Source: Octopus sinensis (lineage: Eukaryota). From it: a stretch of DNA of 64,000 nt. The stretch covers positions 182,140 through 246,139 of the forward strand of contig NW_021832123.1 of the NCBI RefSeq assembly GCF_006345805.1. Direction: 5' to 3'. Shown here in pieces: positions 23,363-36,439 of the stretch (positions are counted from its first letter, which is position 1; the number at the start of each line of letters is the position of its first letter). Made by a program: the position numbers and the translations under genes. Under the pieces are notes generated by a model. It did not search any database and had not been told where the DNA came from. It saw only the letters and a list, made by a program, of their open reading frames with translations.

Positions 23363-24409
23363 GGCGATATCGTGTTTTAGCGTCTTAAAATCATAAGGGA
23401 CCAATTTTGATTAGAAATCGCAAATAAATTAATATTATTATATTATTTTTTAAAAATTATTATAATTATCAAAATAATTATTATCTGCAACGCTTTAACA
23501 GTATTTTTGAATGATGTATTGTGGAAGGCCGTCTGCATCGACTATTATTGTTAATAATACTCAACCAACATATGATTTGTTACTATTTGAATTGAATCAC
23601 CGAGATTTTGTGGAAATAACAATGACCACGCAAGATACGGTCAATTGGTTGGCTCAATATCAGCTAATCAAAAATTCGATGAAATGCGAAAACTGCAGCA
23701 CGGATTGCCGTCTTCTTTCAGACAAATCCCGACTCGACAAATTAAAGTGGAAATGTAAAACATGCAATTTCTCAAAATCGATTCGAGATGGCAGCTTTTT
23801 CTCACATAGTCATCTTGAATTGAAGCAAATTTTGGACTATATCTATTTTTGGGCACTCAACTCAGAAAACGATTATCTGCAGCAAAGAATCTCGATCAGA
23901 CTTTAAAAAAAACATCAATGATTGGGGAAACTTTTTACGTGATGTATGCGTAAAGTGGGTCGAGGACCATCCTTGTTCTCTCAGTGGAATTAATTCAGAA
24001 ACTATGTTGCCAATTGTCGTAGAAGTGGATGAAACAAAATATTTTCATCGAAAATACGCAAGAGGTACCTGGCACGAAGGGCATTGGGTTGTTGGTGGAA
24101 AAGAGAGGGGCAACCCTAGGAATATTTTTCTGGTCGAAGTTCCTGATCGGAGTCGAGACACGTTAATAACTATTAATTCTCAGTATCTTTTGTCTTAATA
24201 ATTCGAATTTTTCACTGTTTTCATGTTTTACTAAGTTGCTGTAAAAAATGTAGTTTTAAAAAAATTTTAATTTAGGGTTGCCACAGTATTGTACATATAA
24301 ATTTAATTATAATAATTTTTAAAAAATAATATAATAATATTAATTTATTTGCGATTTCTAATCAAAATTGGTCCCTTATGATTTTAAGACGCTAAAACAC
24401 GATATCGCC
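23363..24409 (+). mobile_element. Merlin (IS1595/ISXO2-like) DNA transposon, internally deleted
   Basis: Long TIRs GGCGATATCGTGTTTTAGCG...CGATATCGCC (>100 bp), 9-bp TSD gaatcaatt. Transposase has a CENC...WKCKTC finger and VEVDETKYFHRKYARG...HWVVGGKER; the C-terminal catalytic part is missing. Confidence 0.9.
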
Positions 24410-24429
24410 GAATCAATTTCCTGGACCAA

Positions 24430-24779
24430 CAAAATAAAGATCGACGCTAGCCTGAAAAAAGTCTTTACACTCACGGAGCGCTGGTCTAGAGAAAAGTCCT
24501 CAGCTCCCACAAACATGGACATTCTTTTGAACTCATAAGGACGAACATATAATGCTTCGCGGGGACCAGGGCTACACGTCCAAGACGCACTTACCCGAGC
24601 TCACGTGGGCAAAAATAAAGACCCTCTTGAAGCGTGTCGGTATCACGTGTCTTTATTTGTTCCGTTTCTCATGTTCCATTTGGGGAATAAAAATAGTTTT
24701 GTCATTCTGCGACCAAAATGGTCACAAAAATATGAAAAAGTGTCACGTGTTTAACTACCAAAAAGAGAAGGACCCATAA
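24430..24779 (+). CDS. Possible exons of an unidentified small gene; strand uncertain
   Basis: Open frames and micro-intron-like GT-AG segments on both strands; only a weak Sen15-like impression (ELTWAKIKTLLKRVVLSFCD). Confidence 0.2.
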
Positions 24780-24812
24780 CAACCCAGAAGTAGTATTTAA
24801 GTGAATGTTAGT

Positions 24813-25607
24813 TCATGAAGAATATTGTTCGATGGCACTTTGAAGCACTTTTTCTGGCTGATACAAGTGGATCTATCGAATTACTGTCACAATATACTTG
24901 TTTGATGGGGTGTTTAGTCGGGTTTGGTGCCTCGTCTCGGTATAGTCATACACCTGTCCACATTTGACATCCCCGTCCTTCCAATATCCCTCATAAATCT
25001 GCCCAGAATCGAGGAAATAAAAGACTCCATGTCCGTGTTTCTTATTATTTTTCCACGTACCCTCATATCGGTTTTCGTTTACTAGAGTGAAGAACAGACA
25101 TCACCCAATCGCTGCATTCCGATTCCACATCTAACATCATCACCCACTGTCCCTCGTATATCTCTCCGTCTACATAAACACATCTTCCCCCACCCACTTC
25201 GTTGGTTGTGTTTCCAATGTCCCTCGTACATCGACCCGTCTGAGTAGTAACGAATTCCCTGTCCCTACAAATTGTCATTACAATCTCACATGGCGTTTGC
25301 CTTGTTCCCAATAACCGGAGTAGTCGACTCTCAATGAATCCAAAGTCCCCTTTACTTTCACACTGAGAGTTCCGATTCCGTCTCGAAGATCGTTTTTCCA
25401 CTCTCCATTATAAACTGAGCCGTTTTTCCATTTATATACGCCTTTTCCGTGTTTTAAGTTGTTTTGCCATTCTCCCGTGTATTCGGATCCGTTGACAAAA
25501 TAGATTGTTCGGTGCAGGCCGTTTTTTTGAGCCTTTGCATCGGCTTTGCTCCATGGACCGGATGAACTAATCTGAAACTTTATGAACTGCATTCTAAAAG
25601 TTTCCAT
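24813..25607 (-). CDS. MORN3: MORN repeat protein 3; three apparent 1-bp frameshifts as assembled
   Basis: KAQKNGLHRTIYFVNGSEYTGEWQNNLKHGKG, YEGxW MORN repeats, and C-terminal RDEAPNPTKHPI match MORN3 (KAQRNGLRSQVYAVNG...RDEAPEPTQFPI). Confidence 0.85.
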
Positions 25608-25760
25608 AGTAATTTTCTGTATTTAACTTTGATTTTTTTACGTTTTTAAAAATTGAATTATATTAGAAAATTTCGATGATTTTATAAATAGATTATTTGT
25701 TTAATGATTTTGTAATTTAATAAATAAATTGTTAAATTAGACGTGTTCTTGTGTGTTTTG

Positions 25761-26482
25761 ATGACTACTCCAAACTTAGCCGATTTATCTACACTTCCAT
25801 TACCTCCACAGCAATTTATTCAGAACTATAGTGAAGAAAACAGACCTAATTTTCCACCACCCCCACCAACCCCCCTCAAAAATGTAATTATTCCGAAATA
25901 TACCTTTTAGGAGCCCTATGTCATGTTTGGTATTACTTACTGCCATTCTGAAGAAATAATCCCCTCCCTTCAATCAATGGATGTCCGTCGTCTTACTCCG
26001 CCTGATTGTGACCTAAAATCTGAAATCCATCGACTAAATCACTCCATTTTGGCAAGCTTTATTGACCTTTTGACTATTTTGACCGAATCTCCCTCATCTT
26101 CTGAAAGAAATGACAAAATTTCGGACATTTCGAATTTATTTGCTAACATAAACCACCTAATAAACCAATATAGACCACACCAGGTAGTTTTGGTACCCAA
26201 AATATCTCCCAGGCGCGGGAATATGTGATAGAAATGTTGAATCAGCAGATTACTCAACGGTCGGAGGTCCTCAGACTACTTGGGTCACTTTTGGAGGACA
26301 TTTATGCCCAGAAAGAGCAGATTTTGGACATTTTGGATGAAGAGGAGCCACTTTATGTGGAGATTGAGGACCACGTGAGTGCTGATGGCCACGTGGGGGG
26401 ACTGTCAGGTGTCCATAAAGAGGAGGATGTGGTGGAATTTATTCGTGGTGTAATGAAGGAGTCGGAAGATGAGGATATTTGA
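25761..26482 (+). CDS. MED7: Mediator subunit 7
   Basis: LPLPPQQFIQNYSEEN, YVMFG, LNHSILASFIDLL, HLINQYRPHQ. Confidence 0.92.
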
Positions 26483-26664
26483 CCAATAAATGTGTTTTTA
26501 TGCAATTTGTGTGTTTTTGGTGTCTTACTTTGGGATGAAATTTGAATAATTAGTGGGATTAAGGATAGTAATTTTTTTTTGAATAATTTTATTAATTTAG
26601 TACATTATTTAGATAATAGAATAATATATTTAAATATAGAAAGTGTGCCGTGGTTGTTGTATAA

Positions 26665-27882
26665 ATGTCGTTATTTACATCGTATCTTGATAGCAACGAA
26701 GCAGAGAGAATAAAAGCATACAAAGTGAGTAAAATAGTTCTAATGTGTAGTACAGTGCTGTAGACAACAGTCCTGTGTCTAAATACATAACCAAACCATT
26801 CTGGCGTTGGATTGCCGAGGTTAGTACAAAAACTAAATCGACAGTCCTACTACCCGGTCTGGCTATCCCCAAATGTTCTGACCCTCCTCAGTTTGTCTGT
26901 CCTCATCATAGCCTATTTTGCCATTGACCAATACGACCATAATTTTTGTGGCTCAACCTACTTGTCGTCCTCCTTCCTGCCCATTCCTGGCTGGGTGTGG
27001 CTTGTCACCTCCCTCTGCACATTTCTCTCACACACCCTCGGTGGGGTCCCCTCTTTATTGTAGACGGAAATGACGGAATGCAGGCCAGGAAGTTGGGGGT
27101 AGGAGCGCTGCCATGGGAGAATCCTCGACACGGTGTGATTAGTTTTTCGCCTTTTGTTGGTCATGGTCGTCTTCTCGATCCCTTTATGTCTGCGGGGGCA
27201 TGGAGGGATTTGTAACTTGGGAGAGTAGTTTCAATCTGGACTCGTCGTTTAGGACTCGTTTCGGCCTCTCTGGCCTTATTTTGGGCTTCAATTTGATTTT
27301 GCTGGATTTTTCATTTTTCCGTCTAAAATGATGCTTTCTCAGCCAAAATGTGTTTTATGGCTTTATGGAGTGGTGTCTTTAAATATTGTGGTTGTCTTTC
27401 TTTTTTACGTGCAGTTGCGGCTTATTGTGGCACAAATGTGCAGTTTGTTAGCTCCAGTCACAAATCCATTTTTGCTGCCACTGATTGGACTTTTGGGGAT
27501 CACCACATTTGACTATTTTATTCCTCTGACATTATTTTGGTCGTGGAGGACTGTTTTTTTGAGGGTTTTTGTGGGAGGAATGACATTTGCACATTTTTAT
27601 TATTTTGTCAGCGTGGTTGTTTGGAGTTTTAATTTTGTTAGATTTATCAAATGAAGTGTGTTCTTGGTGTGACGTTTTTCACTGTCCCTCCACCCAAATC
27701 TGCCTAATTCATTCCCTTTTCTCATACTGGCGTCAATTTTAATATTTAATGTCTGTTTTTTCCCTGAAAGTGGAATTGAGTGGATTTTTGTAATTTGTTT
27801 TTCTAGAAATCGCTGCTTGGACTAATTGCTGTTAAAATTAGCCGGATTGTTGGTATAATGTCAGAAAAGCCGTTTTATTAAT
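26665..27882 (+). CDS. CDP-alcohol phosphotransferase, ethanolamine phosphotransferase (EPT1/SELENOI-like); apparent frameshifts near 27100-27135
   Basis: YKYSAVDNSPVSKYITKPFW, WLSPNVLT, DGNDGMQAR...GE..DHG motif (partly frameshifted). 3' end approximate. Confidence 0.85.
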
Positions 27883-27897
27883 TGGGTTAAGTAGGTT

Positions 27898-30048
27898 TTA
27901 AGTATTTTGATCGATGCTTATTACACTCCACTGTTCATTTCCCAAAAATTTAAGTTGCCAGTTGTGATATTTAAGCGAGTTCTGGTCGTGGGAAATGGAG
28001 AAAACAGTCATTTTTAATTCTTTGCATTTGCTGTAAACATTTCTCTGTACTTCGTGAGGTGTGTGGGTAAATGATTCATCAAATACTTAAAATAGTGAAC
28101 AAGAAGGAAACATACACACAATTTTAGGTCGGTGATAAAACAGTCGAACAAGTGACAATTTCTGACGTTCTCCGGGTGACAGCGTTTCGTGCCTTCCAAG
28201 ATTAAACCACTAAAACTACCAGTTCAGTGTACCATCTCGGTTAGCAATGTCGGCTATGTCAAATTCAGTAAGAAGAGATTGAATGACTTGGTCGTTTGTA
28301 AAAATGTCGATTCCTACTGAGTTATTTGTTAAAATAAACTGGGATATGCAATCTGGTCTTGGAGATTGCCAAAAGTGCAATAAGATGTTTGCGAAATGCA
28401 CATAAAGTCATTTAATGATATGTTTTGGCTTATTCTCATCGTCCCTAAAATAAATAAATATTTGAGTCCCTTTTAGTGGAGCCCAAACATTCATCATTGT
28501 CCTGAAAAAGGAGGTTTTCCCACACCCGTTCGGACCCGTGAGAATGATAAACTCGCCCTGAGAGACACAAAAATTGAAATCTTAATTGATTTCCGAACAG
28601 ATTACCTTTGATAAATATTTTGTGACCATTTTGCAAGCCACAAGTAAAACGTTCAAAACTTATAAATTTCTCATCGGAAAGTTCAATTTGCAGCTCAGAA
28701 TGTTCTAATGGCATTTTAGAGTCAAGTGAATGACTATTTGAGGAAGACATGTCAATATTTATTTGATTAAAATCCATTTTTGGTAAATTTTCCTCGTCGA
28801 GTGCTTCCAAAGCGACAGAAATTCTAAAATACGGAACTTACTAAGCAACCTGGTGGCAGCTCCAACCACGACAGTAATGTCCGTATTGAGCTGAATAAAG
28901 GACGAGAAAACAAATATCAAATACATTATCTTGAACGAATACTAAAGAATAACACCTCCGACTGACCTGACTAATGACAGAAGACAAGTTATCTGAGAAA
29001 TTCCCTTCCAATATGGCAATCCCCACAATCAAATAGCTCAAAATCGACCCAAAATAACTCGCAAAATTCTCCCACACTGAAATACACAAATCATATTACA
29101 TTGCAATGTAAGTTCTCTTTTTATTCGACTAAATAAAATTGAAACCAGTCTTCCAAGCCACCGATCCGTCACATTGTTTTCAAAAACTGACCCTTTGGTC
29201 AATGCCACCCCTTCCGAATCTCTCCGAATGCGCACGTGATTGTATCTCGATATTATCAACATTATGAAACCTGTATATTCCTTCCATTCGCTCTTGTTCA
29301 TAGACATATGGAGCCACATAGCTTATCAAATATTTATTCCCGATAGTGAATAAAACGAAGAAAAGAAGGGGACCGAGGAACCCGTAGTATTCGATGCTGG
29401 GAGTAGTGAGAGGCGTACTTTGCAATGATGTCGTAGGAGTAATAGATTGCAGTGAAGGGTAAAATTATGACTTTGACAAAAACATTTGCAAATGTCGAGG
29501 TGAGCAAATCAATGTCCTGAGTCAGTCTCTGGTCCCTAAAGATGAATGTGGGGACTCACATATTGTCAACGTGCAATAAATGAATGTTCAATTTGTAGAA
29601 ATTTAAATTTTGGAAGTAAATGGAGTTACATTTAAGAGACAAATTGGTCCTCCAAATGACGTAGAGAACTCTCGACGTGAATGTTTTAAGACTGATCACC
29701 TGCAAATGTCTAAAACCTCTACAATTGCTTGGGCGGTGACAAGACATAAAGAATAAACCGCAAGTTTTAGAAATTTTTCCCAATTCAAAAGTGGTATTGT
29801 TTGGTAGAAATGACTAGGAATAAGTCCCACGAAATATATCAGGACTTGCTCTAGTAAAGTATACAGGCTGGGACAACCACCCACGGCCAGGACCAAAACG
29901 AGGATTGTGTACATCCAGTCGCGGTATTTTGAAAGAACTGTCGGCAACATAAAAGCGGTGAGTTTTTTAATTCGTTTAAAAAAAAGCCAATTGAAGCGTA
30001 CACTAGTTGGTCATAAAGTTCAATTATAAACTCGATATTCTTGTCCAT
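27898..30048 (-). CDS. ABCD4: ABC transporter D family member 4 (lysosomal cobalamin exporter-like)
   Basis: TLLEQVLIYFVGLIPSHFY, PDQRLTQD, EQERMEGIYRF, YFGSILSYL, Walker A GPNGCGKT, LSPGERQKLSLVRLFYHRP, Walker B-like FDES. Confidence 0.9.
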
Positions 30049-30191
30049 TAAAATTATTTTATCTATTTATTTATAAATACTATTTAAACATACTAAAATA
30101 ATTTTAATTATTATTAAATAAAAAAAAAGTTACCACTATTCCACGTGGTGACTATTAAGTTCATTTTCAATGTAAAAAAAAACAAAAATAT

Positions 30192-30662
30192 TTAACAAAG
30201 TCTATAAATTAAATGAACCCCTGAGTCTGTAAATACAGGCTGACTTAACTCCAAAGGGTTCAGACCGAATGCCACGTCCTCGAAAGGCTTTTGCATTTGA
30301 CCACGTTTAAAAAACCCCAAATCTCCCCCCTTCTTAGAGGAAGAACAGTCACTTTGTTCAAATGCAAAATTTTCAAATGTTCCAAGTTGATCACAAATCA
30401 TTTTCCTAATCTCAATAATTTTTTGGTGGGCTTCGTTTTTGGTGATCGAGACCGGACCTGTTCTCCACGAGTGAGGGTTTCGTGACATGTTGTGTTTAAT
30501 GAGGATGTGAGAACAGCGTACACACTCCGGATTAGTCGAAGGTGGGTCCCATTGGCTCTGATTAGTTTTGTGATTAAAATAGTAGTCTTTACCTGACGAA
30601 TTAGTTATTCTATTACCTGTGGACTGACTTTTGCGTTTACTCCAACCAGGAGGCAAATCCAT
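30192..30662 (-). CDS. PIN1: Peptidyl-prolyl isomerase Pin1 (WW + parvulin), with one 24-nt in-frame intron
   Basis: [21 protein letters not shown]...[46 protein letters not shown]. Confidence 0.96.
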   Translation of the reverse strand: MDLPPGWSKRKSQSTGNRITNSSGKDYYFNHKTNQSQWDPPSTNPECVRCSHILIKHNMSRNPHSWRTGPVSITKNEAHQKIIEIRKMICDQLGTFENFAFEQSDCSSSKKGGDLGFFKRGQMQKPFEDVAFGLNPLELSQPVFTDSGVHLIYRLC

Positions 30663-30729
30663 TTATTTTATTTAATTAATAATAACGTTTTTATTAAAAA
30701 TATTTAATAGGAAAATATAGTCAATTTAT

Positions 30730-33580
30730 AATCCCCTTCTTTCGATGAGTTTGTTACACTTGTAACAATGTGGTTGGATGTTTTAGTATGATAAAAATGT
30801 TTTCTTTTGGAACCAGTTGAACATACTATTGTGAGCTCGGTGCAATGAAAACAATCAATTACTGAAATTTAATCGTTCGGGTCATCAAACCATACAAAGA
30901 TCACTTTCTAAAAAATCTTCTGGGATTCTAAAATGATTCAAATAGGTAAAGATGTACATGTCAAACATTAAATTACCAAAAATACAAAAAACTTTGAGAA
31001 TTACTCTACGAGGGTGATTACATGATTAACCTAATTCATGCAAACTTGCATGTCTCATAATACAGCAAGAATGGCGTTGTTGGAAATTCGATTATTTTAA
31101 ATGAACTGTCAGACTAAATTAACTAAATAATTATGATACATATAGTTCAAGTGCCATATATTGCAGATCATTTCTTGCGTAGTATTTCTTGCAGAAAAAG
31201 AGATTTTTGTGGTTCTAGCTGTTTATACATGAAATAAGTCCAATGATTGTTCGAAAAAAGGTTTAGTAAATTAATGAAATTTGTTAAATATTTTTTTTGC
31301 AATTAAAAGCACCCCGATAACAGCTCCAGCAACTGAAACTGGAATAATGACGTTTCTTTTAACTTTTTGACTTTTCGACAAAATAATATTAAATTTGTAA
31401 CGTATATTTCCAAACTCACGTGATGCTCCCTGAATTGTCAAATTGAATTTCTTTTCTGAATTCCACGGTATTTGGTTTTTCGAGAGCGACACATTTCCTG
31501 ATTGGTGGTCAATGGAGAAATATTGAGAATTATTCGAAGAAATGTTGAACACAAAATCATTTATTAAAAAACTTGAAATATTCGCTGAATTTTCCAAAAA
31601 CATTTCTCCGGGTTGTATTTGTTCCAAATAAATATTTTGGTGGCTGCCAACAAGTTCCCCGTTGGAAACCGGTAAGAAAATTGTCGATGTGTCTAAAACG
31701 TGGAGACTGCACTGCATAATGTCGAATAACCATGGTTGGCCCTGATTCATTGCTTTTACTTTTAGAATATAAAACCCTTCATTTTCTAATTCCTCGTTAT
31801 TGAAGATTTCCCCTGACAACTTATCAATTTTGAACATGTTTTTGAGATTATTAGAAATGTTTAAATCTCGTTGCAGTTCGTAAACAGTAAGAATACTGAA
31901 ATGATTAACATTCATTGGTCCTGATTCAACATCAAATGCGGTGACTGTAATCAACTTTGTTTGAGAAGGTGTATTTCTGACTGTGGCAACTGCACATCCT
32001 TGATTCGTAAATTCTGATGGATTGTCATTTAGGTCCGTAACTGTGATTTCATCAACAAACCATTTCTGATCGTATTTTCCCCGGTGGTAAACTGACTTTA
32101 TATAAATTTTTTTGTTTTTCATAGTCGATAACCACTTTGGAGTACAAGCCTTCGATTTTATCTAGACGAATATAGTCGTTTTCATATAGATAACAATTTT
32201 CAGGTTTAAATGTAAATAGCTCCAAGTAAATACATACGAATCAACTGGCATATTTTCATAAACGCCGTCGGGCAGCATTATAGAAAGGGAACTTTCGTCC
32301 ACAATCTAATGAATAAGTAATAAGTTAAAATATTAAATAAAAGCAACTAACTTTGACTTTATCGATGTATAACTTTCTTTTGGGTCCCACATTCCGAAAC
32401 GCTCATCAAAACAAATAACTTCAATGGTAACAGTTGGGGAAATAGCGGAATAATCAACTAAATTCATATCATAAAAGTTTTTGTTGACATTGACCAGCTT
32501 TACAACATCCGTATTGGCTTCACAATGAACTTGAACATCCTGGTCAATACAATTGACATATAAATTGTCAATTAGCTCATCCTGCTTATTCACAATGTAG
32601 TATTCGAATGGAAGGGTCCAATTGAAGATGAGTTTGCATGGATGGACTAGTTCTACTTTGACGGTATAAACCTCGTTTTTTGAATATCTTGAATAAACAT
32701 TAAACGTGGATTGACTAAATGGGCTAGTCAGGATAATGTTATTATATGAATCAATCGAATATCCCATGTCTGTGTTTTCCAAAAAATAGTCGTGTTTTGG
32801 GATGATTTGAAAGTTGTTCGCAGTGTTGTTATAATATCGTTAATCATAGGGAACGAGTTCAGAACGACGTCATAAAATTGAGTACACTCTGATCCAATAT
32901 TGGATGTAAAAAAGAGTTCAATGTCCATCCACGACCAATATTCTTTTCTTTGATTATCATAGGCAAAGACCCTCAATTTTACTGAATTTGTAAGATTTTC
33001 AACATGATTTTTATAAATCATCATTGCATCGGATTTATTTGGCCCCAATTCAAACATTTGGTGGCCAAACAATTCGTAATTGACAACTGCGTTTTCCGAA
33101 CAGTCCAAATCAACTGCCGCGGGGAAATGGAGGATAAAACCAACTGAAATAATCGGCAATTTCAGACTCCGACGAGAAACAGGGAAAACGGGGGCATTAT
33201 CATTAATGTCAATAATCTCAGATTTATAGAAGAAAATACATTTATGTTAACATACATGTCGAAAGCATTAAGATGCAATGTTGTGTGTCCAGTTGTTGAC
33301 TTTGGAGACAGGTTCTCATAGTCAACACGACTTTTAATCTAATTGATGAAAATGCTCACATTTGACTGACTTTGATTGTTCCTTCTAAATCTATGGATAA
33401 ATAGTAAGGCAAAATTCTCATCAGTTCGGAAGAATATTTTTCGCAACTGTAACGACTAAGACGATTGTCGATGCAGACGTTGCCGACAGTTAAGAAAATT
33501 GGAGATTCTTCATAAATGCTAAATTCCAGATTTATCAGCGATATTTTCGTTATTAACTCAAAAAGAATTGCAATGTGCAT
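30730..33580 (-). CDS. Cadherin-superfamily (protocadherin-like) type I membrane protein, ~5-6 EC repeats; 3' end approximate
   Basis: N-terminal hydrophobic signal, DYEN, DINDNAPVF, AVDLD, DLNDNPSEF, TM VIIPVSVAGAVIGVLLIA followed by KK. Confidence 0.85.
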
Positions 33581-33990
33581 TAAAGAAATAAAACAATCCT
33601 CTTAAAAGCTCAAAAAATAAAAATTTATTCAAATATTGTCACCACCGTCAAATGACCGAACATTTAAAAATATAAAATACTAATCAATTTTGTCTATAAA
33701 TAGTTTCTAAAAACTCAAAAATAGTTCCTTTCAACAGATATAGACGTTTGATATCTCTCAACTACAACACCAATAGGCGAGAACAAAATATAGACAAAGA
33801 CAAATACTGTTTTATGTGGCACTTGTTAGCTGAAAATACTACTAGCACTCAAACTGTACTGCAGAATATGAAGTCTATTAGATTGGAATGTAAAAATGAC
33901 ACCGCATTAAGGAGTCATTATAATATTTAAATATTATAGTATTTAATATATAAATAATAGACCTGGATTGAACTATCTTGTTGTGGAAAA

Positions 33991-35214
33991 ATGTCGCAAG
34001 ATAAATTATCGAAGCATAATCTTCAAGCTATATTTTGCAAAGAATGCAGGAAATTTTATGCCAATCCGGAATGGAACAGTATGTGCTGGCAGTGTTATAA
34101 AAATCGTTCTAATCAAGAAGCCCTGGCGTAAATATCCCCAAAATTAAGTTATTAGTCAACCCAAAAAGTGGTTTCGCTGGTTTAATAAAGCAAATGACGA
34201 AACAATTACCAAAAATCACTTTCGGGAACTGATCCAACAAAGTAATCTCAGTTTCATGACATCCCGTCTGTCCAATGATCTTTCCACCACTTTTTATAAC
34301 TTTATAAAATGTGCCAATTCCCAGTCTGATGTGCGACGAATGAGCAGTCTGTTCTGCCGTCTCTACAAGATTGTTTGTGACTTGTACTATGAGCGCATAA
34401 AGACACCAAGTTTACCTATTAATGGCCCGTCATATCAGCATAGATACTGACGAGTGCCGAATGCTGACTGAGTGGGTAGAAGGGACTTTAGTGGATATGC
34501 TATATCCCAATATTTTTGGCACTACAGAAGACGAACAACTGGATTTTGAATTACAGCATAAAATATCTCGACTGCGGTGGCTGCAAACCCGGCACGTGGG
34601 CTGCCGTTTGGATATTGAGGATGAGAATGTCGGCAAATTTATTCAAATGGCTACTGACAGTAAATGTGCTGGTCATTTGTTTAGTCCTGATCGGTCTTAG
34701 TCTTCAAAAAACCACAATTGACAAACTCAAGGCAATAACTGAGTGCTGCACTCACATTTTGGATGCCCTCATATACCAAGTAACCTTCCATCAATATTTG
34801 AAGGGAACTGATCAGTCTATCAACGCGGACGATTTCCTGCCGGCCCTGATTTATGTGGTTGTCCATTCGAATGCTCCTCAATTAATATCCAACACAAGGT
34901 TTATAAGTAGGTTTTCTGCACCCCATCGGTTACAGACAGGAAAGATGGCATATTACTTTACGAATATGGTTTGGAGGTGTCTATAAGGCTTGTAGTGTTC
35001 TGTTATTCACTTTATATCTAATATATCACAGTCCTCCCTTGTGGTATCCGCGGAGGAATATGAACACTACATGAATCCTTCTAAGGACACGGTCGGGCAT
35101 ATTATTCAGTCTCTCAAAAAAAGAGTTCAGGTTCTTACTGTCCAGGGGGACAAGCTTTATTCTGATGTTGACAATCTTTGTTCTTCTTATTCTGATTTTC
35201 TCAATAAAGTGTAG
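33991..35214 (+). CDS. RABGEF1: Rab5 GDP/GTP exchange factor Rabex-5 (A20 zinc finger + VPS9)
   Basis: CKECRKFYANPEWNSMCWQC, LQHKISRLRW, DKLKAITECC, NADDFLPALIYVV, ISRF...GKMAYYFTN. Confidence 0.9.
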
Positions 35215-35249
35215 TTATTTTTTAATGGAATATTCCTGTTTAAAAGAAA

Positions 35250-35630
35250 TCATCGATATAAAAAAGAATCAAATCCGGTAGGTTTATAAGATTTGGATTC
35301 GCCTCGAATTCTGGGGCCGTTTGACACGGGTTCTTGGTAGGTCAGAAAGTAATTTGGTGGGAAGATCTGGCAGTTGTGACGTTTGGAACAATCACGATAT
35401 TTAAAGTCGACAAGCGTCGATCGCGACAAGACAAGCGCAATTCTAATCGAGAAGTGACCCGCATAGTGACCCATACAAAAATACATATCCAAATACACAA
35501 TAAAAACATGTGTCTTGCAATTATAAACCAACATGCAATGTTGAATCAAAACACGACTGATTCTGCTTAGTAACAAGCCAATTGACAATCCGTCAAGTTC
35601 CTCAATTAAATTGAAATAAATTAATTCCAT
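35250..35630 (-). CDS. Hypothetical ORF with hydrophobic stretches, unidentified
   Basis: 126-aa ATG-started ORF converging on RABGEF1; no recognised motif. Confidence 0.3.
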   Translation of the reverse strand: MELIYFNLIEELDGLSIGLLLSRISRVLIQHCMLVYNCKTHVFIVYLDMYFCMGHYAGHFSIRIALVLSRSTLVDFKYRDCSKRHNCQIFPPNYFLTYQEPVSNGPRIRGESKSYKPTGFDSFLYR

Positions 35631-36439
35631 TTTCTGTTATTATTATCCCTGACGTTTATTCTTGTTTCTGTCAGTGATTTAAAAATCAGATTCTTGGGTA
35701 GTCACGACAGCATTTGAAAATGGTCCGTCAAGTTAAAAATGGCCGTCTTTGATCATGTTGACTGCAATTGTGGATTGATTGGTTTGCTTTGATTTGGACT
35801 ATCTCCACTTTATTGTGATTGAGTCTTTTTTGACATTTAATCAAATTAATTTTTCAAAAATTTAATGCAGACATAAATCCTTGCAAAATTTACACAAACG
35901 ACAACAGAATATTTGGAAAAATAAACATTTGACCTTTTACGTTAATTTATGTAAATTTGTGTCAATTTCATTCGAAAAAATTGACAATGTATAAAATTAA
36001 AAAGTGTTGCCAACATTATTTTACGACTCAAATCGTCTAAAGAAATACAATTTCTAAAAAAAAATTTTAAAAAAAAAATTTCTAAAAAATTCTGACTTTT
36101 CAAACATTACCCTGACCTTCTAACCCAGGATCCAAAACCTTGACCTAGAATAATATTAAAACAAAAGTTTTAAATTATTATTTTATCGAAAAATCATTTA
36201 AAATAACAAAATTTTCGAGGATTTTTGTGCCGAAAATATGCAATTTCCACAAACTGAGTTTTGTCGACAAACAAATTTTTGTGTGTTCCGAATTTGAGGC
36301 GGTAAAGGAATGAATTATGGGGTGTCTGTTGAATTAATAGGATGTCTGTTGAATTTAAATGCCACTTTAGTGATTGTAAGTTATTTTTGAATTATGTGAC
36401 TTATTAAAACAAAACAAATGTTAACAAATAATTACTTAA

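Noticed and set aside
30139-30152. E-box/CLEAR-like CCACGTGG upstream of lysosomal ABCD4
   Set aside because: A single 6-8-mer is expected by chance, and CACGTG also occurs in coding sequence here.
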